The notes: a model not told the origin generated them from the sequence alone. Positions 1 through 9,870 are shown, counted from the first letter of the whole stretch. The stretch: 63,081 nucleotides of DNA, filler included, from Collodictyon triciliatum (GCA_043381765.1; 10 parts of 10 records of this genome joined end to end with filler, not necessarily neighbours in it), one strand, 5' to 3'. Numbers and translations: made by a program.

Positions 1-1080
1 CTTCTTTTTTACACTTGCAGCGTCTCGCTTCAGCAAATCAACCTTTGGCGTAAAGTCTTTGTCTGTGTCTTTGTCCACAGGCTGCAGGTCCCTGCGCAGA
101 AATTTCTTCCCCTTCAATATATTCATGTCCCCTTCATTCAGCGCCTTTAGTTTATATGTGGGTGCTTTAAATCCGTCCTTCGAGACTTCGCGGCTTATAA
201 TTTTAAACAACGCAACAGTGAATTTCGGTATCCAGTTTTTATTGGTCTTGAATTTATTGCGCTCTTGCGTTGTCAAATTTGTTTTCTTCAGGTTCACACG
301 CACTAGTTGCCCGACCTCTAGTAAGTCGTCCTTGACTGAAGTGGCGGCTCGGTCTAATTTTTTCTGGTTAGCTTCTATTAACTTTGTCAGATTTTCTTTG
401 GTGGCCGCGTTGTTGGGTATCACCCCGGTGTCACGGTTCGGCTGATCGTTGATGCTGTCTGCAGTTTTTTCTAGCACTTCTTTCGTTAAGGTTTCCCCTG
501 TCTTTTGGTGGTACTTGTACAAACTATTCTTTACCACAGAATTCATGCGCTCCACGTAGGCCTGGCTCGTTGGGTTGTACGGACTCGACTTGACTTGCTT
601 GAGGCCGTGTTCTTGCAACCACGCTTTCTCGTACTTGAACTCTGTGCCGTTGTCGCTCTGGATCACCTTCAGCGCAGGATAATCCTTCTTGAACTCGAGC
701 ACGGCCTTCTTGCTTTCGGCCAGAGTCTTGTCGGTCAGCGGGTACAGAAACACCTTGCGTGTTAAAAGCACCACACAGGTCATTAGATAATTGTATTTCA
801 CTCCAACATGGTCTTCTGGGTACAGTCCCTTGGTATATATCAAATCTATCTGTGCGTACGACGGATCAGTGACATTGAAGGAAGTCACGTCCTTGCTTTT
901 GTACGCAGGTTTGCTGATTTGCTGATAGGGATTCTTTTTCATCCAACCCTCAATGTAGCTGCGAGGTATCTCCTTGTTGAAGTGGCGATACATCGCTTCA
1001 ACACTATTTACTTGCCCTGGGTCATTAAACCTTTTCTGTAGCTTCTCGTTGTATTGGTCACTAGTACTTGGGTTACTCAT
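1..1080 (-). CDS. Retroviral-type (rve, DDE) integrase of Polinton/Maverick type, 3'-truncated by the window edge
   Basis: Absent from the ORF track because no stop lies in the window. Hand translation from ATG 1080: MSNPSTSDQYNEKLQKRFNDPGQVNS...YAQIDLIY...IQSDNGTEF...QAYVERMN...LEVGQLVRV...FLRRDLQPV. D-D-E triad present; colinear with 60257-61618. Confidence 0.92.
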   Translation of the reverse strand, partial: MSNPSTSDQYNEKLQKRFNDPGQVNSVEAMYRHFNKEIPRSYIEGWMKKNPYQQISKPAYKSKDVTSFNVTDPSYAQIDLIYTKGLYPEDHVGVKYNYLMTCVVLLTRKVFLYPLTDKTLAESKKAVLEFKKDYPALKVIQSDNGTEFKYEKAWLQEHGLKQVKSSPYNPTSQAYVERMNSVVKNSLYKYHQKTGETLTKEVLEKTADSINDQPNRDTGVIPNNAATKENLTKLIEANQKKLDRAATSVKDDLLEVGQLVRVNLKKTNLTTQERNKFKTNKNWIPKFTVALFKIISREVSKDGFKAPTYKLKALNEGDMNILKGKKFLRRDLQPVDKDTDKDFTPKVDLLKRDAASVKKK

Positions 1081-1170
1081 TACATTTACAATACTTTTTT
1101 TTTGTGAAAAAAACGCAGCTTAAAAACTATTCAAAATCATAGATTAACTAAACAAGAATTTGCACGCACA

Positions 1171-1623
1171 ATGGCACGCACGTTAACTAGACAAGAACAG
1201 CACGCCGACGACACTACAACCCGCACGTTGACCGGAGAAGAGCTAGCAAGACTCAACTACCTGTGTTTCATTGAATGGGGAGAAAACCTAGACGGCGTGC
1301 GACAGATGGTTACAATTGCAAGGCGCTTACGCAAAAGCACTCATAAAAACTACATGAAGAGAAAAGAGAAAAAGAAAGCGTCTTCTTCACAGTTTGTGTT
1401 TGTCGACCCCGACGGAGTCCAGCATAAAATGACGCCCCTGGTTGATTACCCGGTGACCCCCGTTGTCGATTACTCAAGCGCCTCTGCATCGTCAATCAAA
1501 ACTAGTTCATCTGAGGGTTCCCCCCGTGAAGCCGCTGAACGTGTTCGCAAATACCTGGTTACACCTGACCCTGCACCCTTCTATCCGCCTTCCCCTCCCC
1601 ATTTCTGCCCTACAGACGAATAA
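1171..1623 (+). CDS. Conserved hypothetical viral protein (homolog of 59875-60189)
   Basis: TGEELARLNYLCFIEWGENLDGVRQMV...YMKRKEKKK aligns with TVEELSLFNSFCLREFFMPLDSVRTMV...YKRRTLKKK, at the same syntenic position. Confidence 0.75.
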   Translation: MARTLTRQEQHADDTTTRTLTGEELARLNYLCFIEWGENLDGVRQMVTIARRLRKSTHKNYMKRKEKKKASSSQFVFVDPDGVQHKMTPLVDYPVTPVVDYSSASASSIKTSSSEGSPREAAERVRKYLVTPDPAPFYPPSPPHFCPTDE

Positions 1624-1661
1624 ATTATGTCTCATTTCTCATTTTATTCTGTCAACACTGG

Positions 1662-3983
1662 TCAACACTGGTCACAGTCATCAAGAAGATGTTTCTTCTT
1701 TAAATGTTCTTTGACATGTTTGTCGTCAAACACGTACTTTCTGCTTTGATTTTTTTTAATTCCTATCCTTTTCAACTCTTGTCCAAAATATTGGATTGTC
1801 CATATATCTTTACGTCCTGCTCTATTCATGACATCTCTGAACAGATCATAAACTTGTGTGGGTGTATGAGGCGTAACATATAAGGCAGCAAATCTATCAT
1901 CTGGGCCAACAAGCACATAATCTTCATATGTCATTAGTAAGAACTGGTCTATTTGTGTAATTTGTAATTGTATCTGTTGTTTCCAAAGTTCTTTTTCCTT
2001 TTGTTTACCCACGACATAACTTTCGCTGTTCCAAGTATTATCATACTTTGTAAACAAATATCTACAGAATGTCAATACGTGATCTTTATCATTAATAGCA
2101 TTCTTTAAAAACTGTTGGTTTTCCTCAGGCATCTTTTCTTCTTTACATTGCACAACCATGTATCTTCGATTGCTATCAGACATATTAAAAACTGATACGT
2201 TGTTTGTATTACAACATATGTGGACATAGTTGTTGGTCGTGTACTTGCCAAGACCTTTCTTGTGAATAACTATGTCGTTAGCGACTAAAGCATCTTTCAT
2301 AACATCAGTAAACTGAACAGCATCTTTGCGTTGCCCCTCCTCTAGCAACACAAATACTTTGTTTTCTATTAGATCGTTAAATTCACCGAATAACTCGGCC
2401 ATCTTGCTCGACTTTACCCCACACAATTTACCAATGATTTTATCTATAAACAAGTCCTGAGTAATAAATGATTTGCCGATACCCTCTGTTTCGCTATAGA
2501 AAACAAGACAAGTATGAAAACGACCCATCTCATGAGGTGCAAACAATAAATGAGCAAACCATTGTATAACATAAGCATAAACGTCAGAATCATTGTTACA
2601 CAATTGATTGTACAGATGGTCTGTAATCCAACTCTTATTGTAAAATTCGCTAGTCTCTTCATCTGTAAGTCTTACCTTTATGTCTCCATGCTTTTGTATT
2701 TCATAACCTCTGAACATATTGTATGTTTGAGGATACACAGATTGATCTAAATCTATGGGTAAATCTGGGCGCATTACTAGTTTACTGACTATTCGTTTAG
2801 CATCATCTCTTTTCAAATCATCAATAAAGTCAACAATACAACCTTTTCCGATCTTGTAATAGTAATGTCCGTATTGTATTTTGGCTTCGCTTTGTGTATA
2901 TGTGTGTAAAGTACCATCATCGTTGATTCTAATGAATTTACCATTCATGATAAAATGGTCTTTTTCGTATATTTCCTTGATATAGCTGTAAGCATAACGT
3001 CCTTCTTTTATCCCAACATGTTCACGTAATTCGGTAAATGTGGCACTATCAAGGTATTCTAGAAATAAGCCAAACAGTGAACCTACTCCTAACTCGCTCT
3101 TGACTTTGTTTTGTTGAACATTTTCAATCACACTTTTCAGCTGATTAATTCTATCTTCAATAGTCGATTTGGAATTATCTGGCATTTGCTCGCAAATTCT
3201 CAACCATAACTTTGACAAATCACGTAAACCATTATTAACAATTATGTAACATACCTTTATCCATGTGTCATAGTCGTCTGGTATATATTTGAATAAGTCC
3301 CGGTCTAAAGCCATTCGGACTAAACATTCGCATGTCGCTCTTTCTTGGAATTTAGGAAAACTACTTCGATTCACAACTAGTTCTTCTATTTCTGAATCGA
3401 CTGTGTCAGATGTTTGTGGTTCTTTTCTTTTCTTTGACTTGTACTTTGCTATCAGAGGCGTAATGTCAAATTCCTGTACATCGTTGTATATCAACTTGTT
3501 TTGGCGTTCCCATATATTTTTTGTTTTGAATATCACATCAATGTCTGGGTATCCTTCGTCTAAAACTTTTGTGCCCTCCCATTGCGGATTCCAGTTAGCT
3601 GGCTTCTTTATGTACATGTGAATCCCTTTTGTATTACCTGGTGTCCAACACATATCATCTGTGAAACTAGCTATTCCCAATTTTTCTCCGAGTTGGCTAG
3701 GAGTGTGTATGTTTTTGTCATCACAGTCAATACAAACAACATCCCAGTATTTCAAAAAGACTGAGTAACATCGTTGAACGGTTTTGCTTTCTTCTAATTT
3801 CATTTTGCGTTTCAACCTGGCAATCCAATTACCTGATACCCTGCTTTTTTCTTTCCATTCAGGTAAATCAACTAACGCACAGTTGTTTTTTTCTCTGACA
3901 GTTTCTTTTTGCCCATCAATCAGAACATAATGCGCATACGCATATGGCACTTGTTTTGTAGCTAAAAACTCTCCTATGTCCAT
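1662..3983 (-). CDS. AEP primase-polymerase + PriCT-2-like domain + D5-like SF3 helicase fusion (773 aa)
   Basis: AEP motifs VVCIDCDD (hhhDhD), GNTKGIHMYI (GhH) and DIDV. PriCT-2-like DYDTWIKVCYII. Helicase Walker A SETEGIGKS, Walker B VFVLLEE, motif C CNTNN, Arg finger SNRRYMV. Confidence 0.88.
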   Translation of the reverse strand: MDIGEFLATKQVPYAYAHYVLIDGQKETVREKNNCALVDLPEWKEKSRVSGNWIARLKRKMKLEESKTVQRCYSVFLKYWDVVCIDCDDKNIHTPSQLGEKLGIASFTDDMCWTPGNTKGIHMYIKKPANWNPQWEGTKVLDEGYPDIDVIFKTKNIWERQNKLIYNDVQEFDITPLIAKYKSKKRKEPQTSDTVDSEIEELVVNRSSFPKFQERATCECLVRMALDRDLFKYIPDDYDTWIKVCYIIVNNGLRDLSKLWLRICEQMPDNSKSTIEDRINQLKSVIENVQQNKVKSELGVGSLFGLFLEYLDSATFTELREHVGIKEGRYAYSYIKEIYEKDHFIMNGKFIRINDDGTLHTYTQSEAKIQYGHYYYKIGKGCIVDFIDDLKRDDAKRIVSKLVMRPDLPIDLDQSVYPQTYNMFRGYEIQKHGDIKVRLTDEETSEFYNKSWITDHLYNQLCNNDSDVYAYVIQWFAHLLFAPHEMGRFHTCLVFYSETEGIGKSFITQDLFIDKIIGKLCGVKSSKMAELFGEFNDLIENKVFVLLEEGQRKDAVQFTDVMKDALVANDIVIHKKGLGKYTTNNYVHICCNTNNVSVFNMSDSNRRYMVVQCKEEKMPEENQQFLKNAINDKDHVLTFCRYLFTKYDNTWNSESYVVGKQKEKELWKQQIQLQITQIDQFLLMTYEDYVLVGPDDRFAALYVTPHTPTQVYDLFRDVMNRAGRKDIWTIQYFGQELKRIGIKKNQSRKYVFDDKHVKEHLKKKHLLDDCDQC

Positions 3984-4165
3984 TCTTTTGTATAGACTTA
4001 ATTAATGTATATTGAACGCATTTCTTTAAACCAACAATTCTGAACGGTTGTGTAAGACTTTCTAGATTGTATGATGTTGAATAACTTTTTACCCGCCTCG
4101 CCTCAAGTCCAGTTCTTAATTCCAGAATTCGGTCCCTCCCTCCTTCTACTGAGTTATTAAAAGTA

Positions 4166-4305
4166 TTACATATCTTACATATCTTACATTTTATTCATTT
4201 AATAAATAAATAAATAAATATATACATATAAAGAAGTAAGGAATAGAGGGAGGAGAGCGAAAAAACGTTTTGCTAGATATTTTAAAAACCATGTAGGATA
4301 TGTAA
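4166..4305. promoter_or_regulatory. Putative replication origin of element A: inverted TTACATATC iterons around an AT-rich core
   Basis: TTACATATC-TTACATATC-TTACAT at 4166-4189, inverted copy ATGTAGGATATGTAA at 4291-4305, (AAAT)n core between. Lies upstream of the replicase gene. Function is inferred. Confidence 0.5.
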
Positions 4306-4309
4306 AACT

Positions 4310-4474
4310 TTAATCGAACAGGACCGTCACAGGCCCTTCTATAATGCCCCACATATCAGGACCTTTCTTTCTCCTACCCTTCTTTCTCAATGCCTCGAGT
4401 TTGTCAAAGTATTCTTTCAGTTCTTCAAAAGTAGCAAAGAGCATTTCACCCTCCATTGTATATAGTCGTAGCAT
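4310..4474 (-). CDS. 54-aa micro-protein conserved in both elements
   Basis: MLRLYTMEGEMLFATFEELKEYFDKLEALRKKGRRKKGPDMWGIIEGPVTVLFD*. Same length, position and terminal motifs as 57135-57299. Confidence 0.8.
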   Translation of the reverse strand: MLRLYTMEGEMLFATFEELKEYFDKLEALRKKGRRKKGPDMWGIIEGPVTVLFD

Positions 4475-4490
4475 ATCTAAGACTAGATAT

Positions 4491-5213
4491 TTAAAAAAGG
4501 ATTTCTTCCGAAAAGTTCTTGTAAGCTTTGATTCTGCGGGGTACCATCAGGTTTACATATAGAAAGCAATACGGATCTGCTGTAGCGAAATCAAAAACCT
4601 GGTCAAAGAGTTTCTGATCGAGATTGGTCATTTCATTGAGGGCTTCCCGTTCGTGTTTATTGTCGGTGTAAAAAGCAACGAGGTGGGAGGCGTTTTGTCG
4701 TACCTTGGGGTTGAATAACCTGATGGCATGCCCCACTACGATCATTGATAGTCTGAAATGACGGTGCTGTAACATTTTCTTGAGCAGGGTCTTACTAGGG
4801 CGTTCGAAAGCGGTGCCGAGGTCGTCGACCACCAGTAAGTACGCATTGTCCTTGAACTCGGGGTCACTGGTAATGTCTTTTGTGACTTGTTCAAAGATTT
4901 CCTCGTTAAAGTCCTCATACATGCGGCTTTTGTGAAATTTGACACCCTCGTAGCTTGAGTCATGAATTTCTCCTCCGGAAATGTTTGAAGAGCAGAAATA
5001 TACCTTGTCGAATATCTGGTGATACATTTCTCGCTTACCCAGCAAATTACTGATCAAGGTTGTTTTGCCGCTAGCGACTTTCGCACTTATAAGCATCCAG
5101 AAGGGTCTATCACTCTTTGCGTCCGGCAATATTTCTAGAATGACTTCCCGTTTGTTTTTCTTGGCTGTCTTTAATGGAGCAACCTCAATATTACTTACTT
5201 GCTTGCTTTCCAT
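4491..5213 (-). CDS. A32/FtsK-HerA-like virion genome-packaging ATPase
   Basis: Walker A AKVASGKT, Walker B LLVVDD, and the QHRHFRLSMIVVGH and RQNASH motifs typical of Polinton/virophage/NCLDV packaging ATPases. Confidence 0.9.
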   Translation of the reverse strand: MESKQVSNIEVAPLKTAKKNKREVILEILPDAKSDRPFWMLISAKVASGKTTLISNLLGKREMYHQIFDKVYFCSSNISGGEIHDSSYEGVKFHKSRMYEDFNEEIFEQVTKDITSDPEFKDNAYLLVVDDLGTAFERPSKTLLKKMLQHRHFRLSMIVVGHAIRLFNPKVRQNASHLVAFYTDNKHEREALNEMTNLDQKLFDQVFDFATADPYCFLYVNLMVPRRIKAYKNFSEEILF

Positions 5214-5219
5214 ACTTAT

Positions 5220-5549
5220 CTAACGAAATAAAAGATCATTGTCGTACGAAAGTTCCCGCACTTGAGCCTTGTCGACTGTTTCCTTTATTCTGCGCTTCTC
5301 GATTTTGCGGGCCTCTTCTTTTGTCAGATATTGTTTGATCAAGGACACGTCGTGCTGTAACGAAGAATAGTCGTGAATGGGTTTTTTGACGGCCTCGTAT
5401 TTCTTGACCGTCTGAACGATTTCCTTGTTCTTCTTCTTGGCTTCTGTCGCTTTGGGTTGAATCTTGGCAAGGTGGGCTCTCTGCTTTTCTGATACTATGC
5501 GTTTCTTTTTTGGTTTCTCTATGGTATCTATATTTTCGGGGTCGCTCAT
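5220..5549 (-). CDS. Lysine-rich basic protein (possible DNA-binding/core protein)
   Basis: KPKKKRIVSEKQRAHLAK... basic helical protein, 6 nt upstream of the ATPase start. Confidence 0.6.
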   Translation of the reverse strand: MSDPENIDTIEKPKKKRIVSEKQRAHLAKIQPKATEAKKKNKEIVQTVKKYEAVKKPIHDYSSLQHDVSLIKQYLTKEEARKIEKRRIKETVDKAQVRELSYDNDLLFR

Positions 5550-5581
5550 ACAACCACAGAGAAATAATTTCTGGCAAGAGT

Positions 5582-6219
5582 ATGGATAAAGCTTTCTACA
5601 TTTATGTTGATAGTGCCAACCGAGAAAGCGGAAGTATCGCAGACTTTAATTTCGCAACAACCCAAAACAGATATGTGTCGAGTAAAGCAAAAATTGGGCT
5701 AGAGTCTATCCAAATACCCAATGCTGTACACAACGTCACATCCGCCAACAACTCACTAGCTTTTCTGTGTCAGGTCGGACAAGACAGCCCTGTTTCATAC
5801 AATGTTTCACTAGAAACTGGTTTGTTAACTATCCAAGAAATCGTCAGTGACATCCGAACAAAAATGAACGCAGCAACCAATTCCCAGTCAGCCGCATTAG
5901 CTGTTTCTGTGTCGTATCTTAGTGGCAAGCAAAAGATAGCAATCAAAGGAGACGGTCCGAGTATTTCAATTCAACTATTTGTGAATAGTAGTACATGTAG
6001 AGAGCTCATAGGACTGACAGCAAATCTCACATTCAACACGTCGTTTGTAGAGCTACAGAATACAGTCAATATTCGACCTTTTGATTATGTGTACCTGGTG
6101 TCCCCGAACATTCAGAGTTCGAGCTTTGCCAGCAATATAGGCGGCAATGGCATCATCGCAAAAATACCGCTGAGTCTTGGGGCGAGATATGCGAGTTATT
6201 ACGAGGTCAATGACAATAT
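5582..6219 (+). CDS. Minor capsid (penton-like) protein, 3'-truncated
   Basis: MDKAFYIYVDSANRESGS..FNF...IGLESIQIPNAVHNVTSANNSL...YVYLVSPNI...IIAKIPL matches the DSxxR / IPNxxxNV...NN pattern of PLV/NCLDV minor capsid proteins. Likely start is ATG 5582, not GTG/TTG 5510. Confidence 0.75.
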
Positions 6220-6319
6220 NNNNNNNNNNNNNNNNNNNNNNNNNNNNNNNNNNNNNNNNNNNNTTAATTAATTAANNNNNNNNNNNNNNNNNNNNNNNNN
6301 NNNNNNNNNNNNNNNNNNN
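6220..6319. other. Artificial contig spacer (44N-TTAATTAATTAA-44N); also at 12533, 18853, 25203, 31517, 37831, 44145, 50472 and 56778
   Basis: Identical 100-nt block with stops in all six frames, separating contigs of near-equal length (about 6.2 kb). Confidence 0.98.
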
Positions 6320-6845
6320 CATTTTTTTGTACCACCCAAGCGTAAAAAATTTTGCTTCATTATTCACACAACTCACGTTTTACATCTCGTAACGGAAAGT
6401 CCAAATTTATTGTATAGATAAAGGGATAAAATAAAAAAAACAAAAAGAAAGTCGTCGATGTGTCGACCTTGCCAAAAAAAATAAAAAAAAAATAAAAAAA
6501 AAAACCCGTCGACCTACTGACCTTGACCTGTGGTGACAAAAGTGTCATGATTTGGAAATGTAGAATTCCCGATATCAGGTAATGTAGGAATCCAGGAATT
6601 CTAAACATACAGGAATGTATGAAATCTGGGAATTCATGTGTAACTCCGACCGACTTCGCGGAAATAATGCACCACGCCGTGGTCTACGAAGCTTCTAGAA
6701 TAGACCACAGACCACAATGCACCACAAATCACGGGTATAAGTAAGTAGAGGATTCACGATTGAGAATTGTAACTTTGACTGTGAATTTTTAACAATTGTG
6801 TAACATAATCATAACAAACAATCATAGGTAATCAGTTACCAGTGG

Positions 6846-7235
6846 ATGAGAATGTCGCAAAGCAGGGAATCCAAGGACCAAGAAACAAATACCAACGAAG
6901 CAGTGTCGGAGCTATTGGACGGACTTCCAGAAGACTTCTTTGATCCATTGGTTACTTATGTCGACGATATATTGCCACAACAGAAAGAAGAAAATCCTCG
7001 CGTGGATCTTAGTGACCCCCAATATCAACATTTACCAAAGTATTTTGATTCTGGACATATGTTAGTTAAATGGCCCAATTCTCCTATATATCAAACAAAT
7101 TGTGCCTTGTCTTTTGATTACATGGTATTTAAAGTTGAAACTTACGACTATTTTTCAAGATGGGACATAGAAAAAATTTGTTTAGATGTTCGAGATAGTA
7201 CAGCATGGGCTCATAGTTATTGGTTTTTTTTATAA
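6846..7235 (+). CDS. Hypothetical intronless protein (129 aa)
   Basis: Open frame in AT-rich DNA, TATA-like GGGTATAAGT about 110 nt upstream, AATAAA at the stop. No family recognised. Confidence 0.4.
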   Translation: MRMSQSRESKDQETNTNEAVSELLDGLPEDFFDPLVTYVDDILPQQKEENPRVDLSDPQYQHLPKYFDSGHMLVKWPNSPIYQTNCALSFDYMVFKVETYDYFSRWDIEKICLDVRDSTAWAHSYWFFL

Positions 7236-9834
7236 AATAAATGTATGTGTCACGTTTAGTAATAATATATGCAGTGATACAAATACAGCTGCTCAACTAT
7301 AATAAACTCACATAATTTATCACTTAAAATTCACAAGAAAAATTCATAAAAATTGAAGCTCTCTAATGTATAATATGGCTATAACCATATAACATTAGTC
7401 AAAAATATCAGCATAAATCAAATTATAGTACATATTTTAAGGCTTACAATCTTACATTTATTTCAAACTGTAGTGCCGAACCCACCCGAGTCATATTCAA
7501 TTCTAAAAAAAAAGTGTATAACAAAACCGCCTTCGTATCTGTCTTAGTATTTAATATTCTTTTGAGTTCTAATTAATGCATTTTAATAAATTCAAACACT
7601 GCATGGTCAAATATATTATTGCTTTTTTTATTTTAAGTTTACTTTGACAAGTTTTAACGAAAATGTGTTTAAAATACGACATAACATATTTCTTAATGGT
7701 CAAATAACTGCATAAAAGCTCAAATGTTTACGTTGCTACATGTAAACTTTCAGCAATCTCATTAATAAATTGAGTGAAAGCTGCAACGCCCCTGTCAAAT
7801 ACGTTTATACCCAAGCGGCAACATAGACTTTGAGAGATATCATATTTTTAAAATCTTTATCAATATCTTAAATATTTGTTCGCCTCATATGTTTGTGTAA
7901 TAAAAAAGTAAATCTCCTGTATCAAAAAAAACTAAAATATATTTTTTTCTTGTAAATATGATAACAAGTAAGTGTAGTTAGATACGTTATAATGAATTTA
8001 AAAAGGATTACCGGTGCAGGATATCATTTTATAAAATTGGATTATACGTCAAAGTATAAAATATTATTCGATATCATTTTGCGTCTCACAAAGTAAAAAT
8101 TACTTCATCACTCAACAATGAACCACGATGGTCTCTCGTAAATTGTATCTTTGGGTATAGTATACCGCTTCTGCCCACAGATATGTGAATTTCTTCTGTA
8201 TTACTGATGTCCTATTCCTATATTCTATTCAAGGAATTCTGATTTACCATAACTCCTTATGTACGCGCACATCGCAAGACCCTAGTACAGTTTACTTCCG
8301 AACATGAAAAAAATCCTTTATTAATTAATCATTCAGACTGACATGTACATAATAAACAGAGAAGGCATCAAGCCAGCAGTTCTGACATATCAAATAAAAT
8401 ACCCAGCAATAAATAACGTAGGAATCAACACCCACTACTTGTAGTCTCTTTAACATTTACCCATCCGTCGCACCAAACACCAAGAAGCTACAGCAAACAG
8501 CACAGGCCAAATCCAAACTTGAAGCTTCACACACTAATGACAGTCCGTGCAAGCAGGAGCACATGTTCCTTAAACCACAAACGCATATTCATACTCCGGG
8601 TTGAGCAAAGTCCACTGCTGGTTGTGCATGATTTCAATACCAAATAAACGGTCAAGCTTCAATCCCATCAATTCTTAATAACCCTGAATAGCTTAGTTTT
8701 TTGGCTCAGACACCCAGAAAGAAATGCAAGAGAAGGGACCCAGTGTTCCATTAAAAAATACGCCGTAAAGTTAAATATTATTTACAAATTATCTCAGATA
8801 CAGCGACATAAACTCGACAGGACCGATTTTGGAAGAAACAGCCAAGTGCGAACTTTCATCAGTGATGCAACCTTGTGCGCTCTTCATTCAGTCTCAAACA
8901 TGAACAGAAACCTAGCTAAAGCTCTTCTATTTCCAATAAAATAGTCTACGTGTAATAAAACTTAATCTCAACTATGCCTCTAATCAATACTCTTTGATAT
9001 TATGTTTCTGCTGTCTTTCTTTCCGGTCAATCAAATTAATACAACTATCGCGCCGAAACTATAAAAATCCTATCAATTACATCCAATCCGATAATCAGAC
9101 ATCGATTTCACTTCCCCGTCTGCAGCTTATTTATGTCCTATTATTAATACAAGTTTTACTATTCTAGTTTTCTGTCTAAAAACCATTTCAACATTCCAAT
9201 ACATCATTTATTAACTTATATATTGTACCACTTGTACTTTGCAAATTTTTTTTATTATTTACAATCTGTATCTAAAGACCAATTAAATAGCTATAGTCTA
9301 TACATGTTATTTTGCATAATATGTGTCCATTCACATTTATTTGCATTTATTTGCATAATTCTGAGAGTTTCTCATCATTTCTACTCTATCCACATCAATC
9401 TGCATATATTACCTTTAATCCACATCAATCAGCACGCCAATTGCCATATAATTGCACTCTATCCCATTGTTCCCATCTGCCTTCCACACCATGCACCCGA
9501 GTCTCTTGCTTTACCACCTTTGCTTCTTCACCTACTTCGATATGCTGCGCTTCTTCGCTAGTCATCCTCTCTGCCGCCTAAGTACCGTCTTGCGTCCCTT
9601 GTGTCCCTCCCGCGCCGCACCATCTGCTTCCATTTTCGGTAGTGACCGTTTGCCCTGTAATAACACCCCAACTACCTATACACACAGCACCCTTCTTTCC
9701 CGCTTACCCACCGCCACAAAAAAAAAAAAGAATCTGTCCAAACTACCTACCTTGCTCAGGTACCATACCTTTGGCTCCATCTAATACCACATAAGGCCCA
9801 TCTATGCCATATCCGGCCTTTCCACAGCACGTGC

Positions 9835-9870
9835 TAACCCTAGCCCTGACTCTAACCCTAGCTCTGACCC
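9835..9870. repeat. Degenerate interstitial telomere-like hexamer array
   Basis: TAACCC TAGCCC TGACTC TAACCC TAGCTC TGACCC (an 18-mer twice). Confidence 0.5.

Larger units (their letters stand above)
1..6219. mobile_element. Polinton-like virus/virophage-like DNA element A (partial; truncated at both contig ends)
   Basis: Densely packed intronless ORFs: rve integrase, AEP primase-SF3 helicase, A32-like packaging ATPase, penton-like minor capsid protein. Syntenic with element B (56878-62565). Confidence 0.9.

Noticed and set aside
59-1041. Plus-strand ORFs 59-445, 505-765 and 808-1041
   Set aside because: Antisense shadows of the minus-strand integrase.
8835-8870. Hammerhead-like CTGATGA plus stem on the minus strand
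   Set aside because: The required GAAA after stem II is missing.
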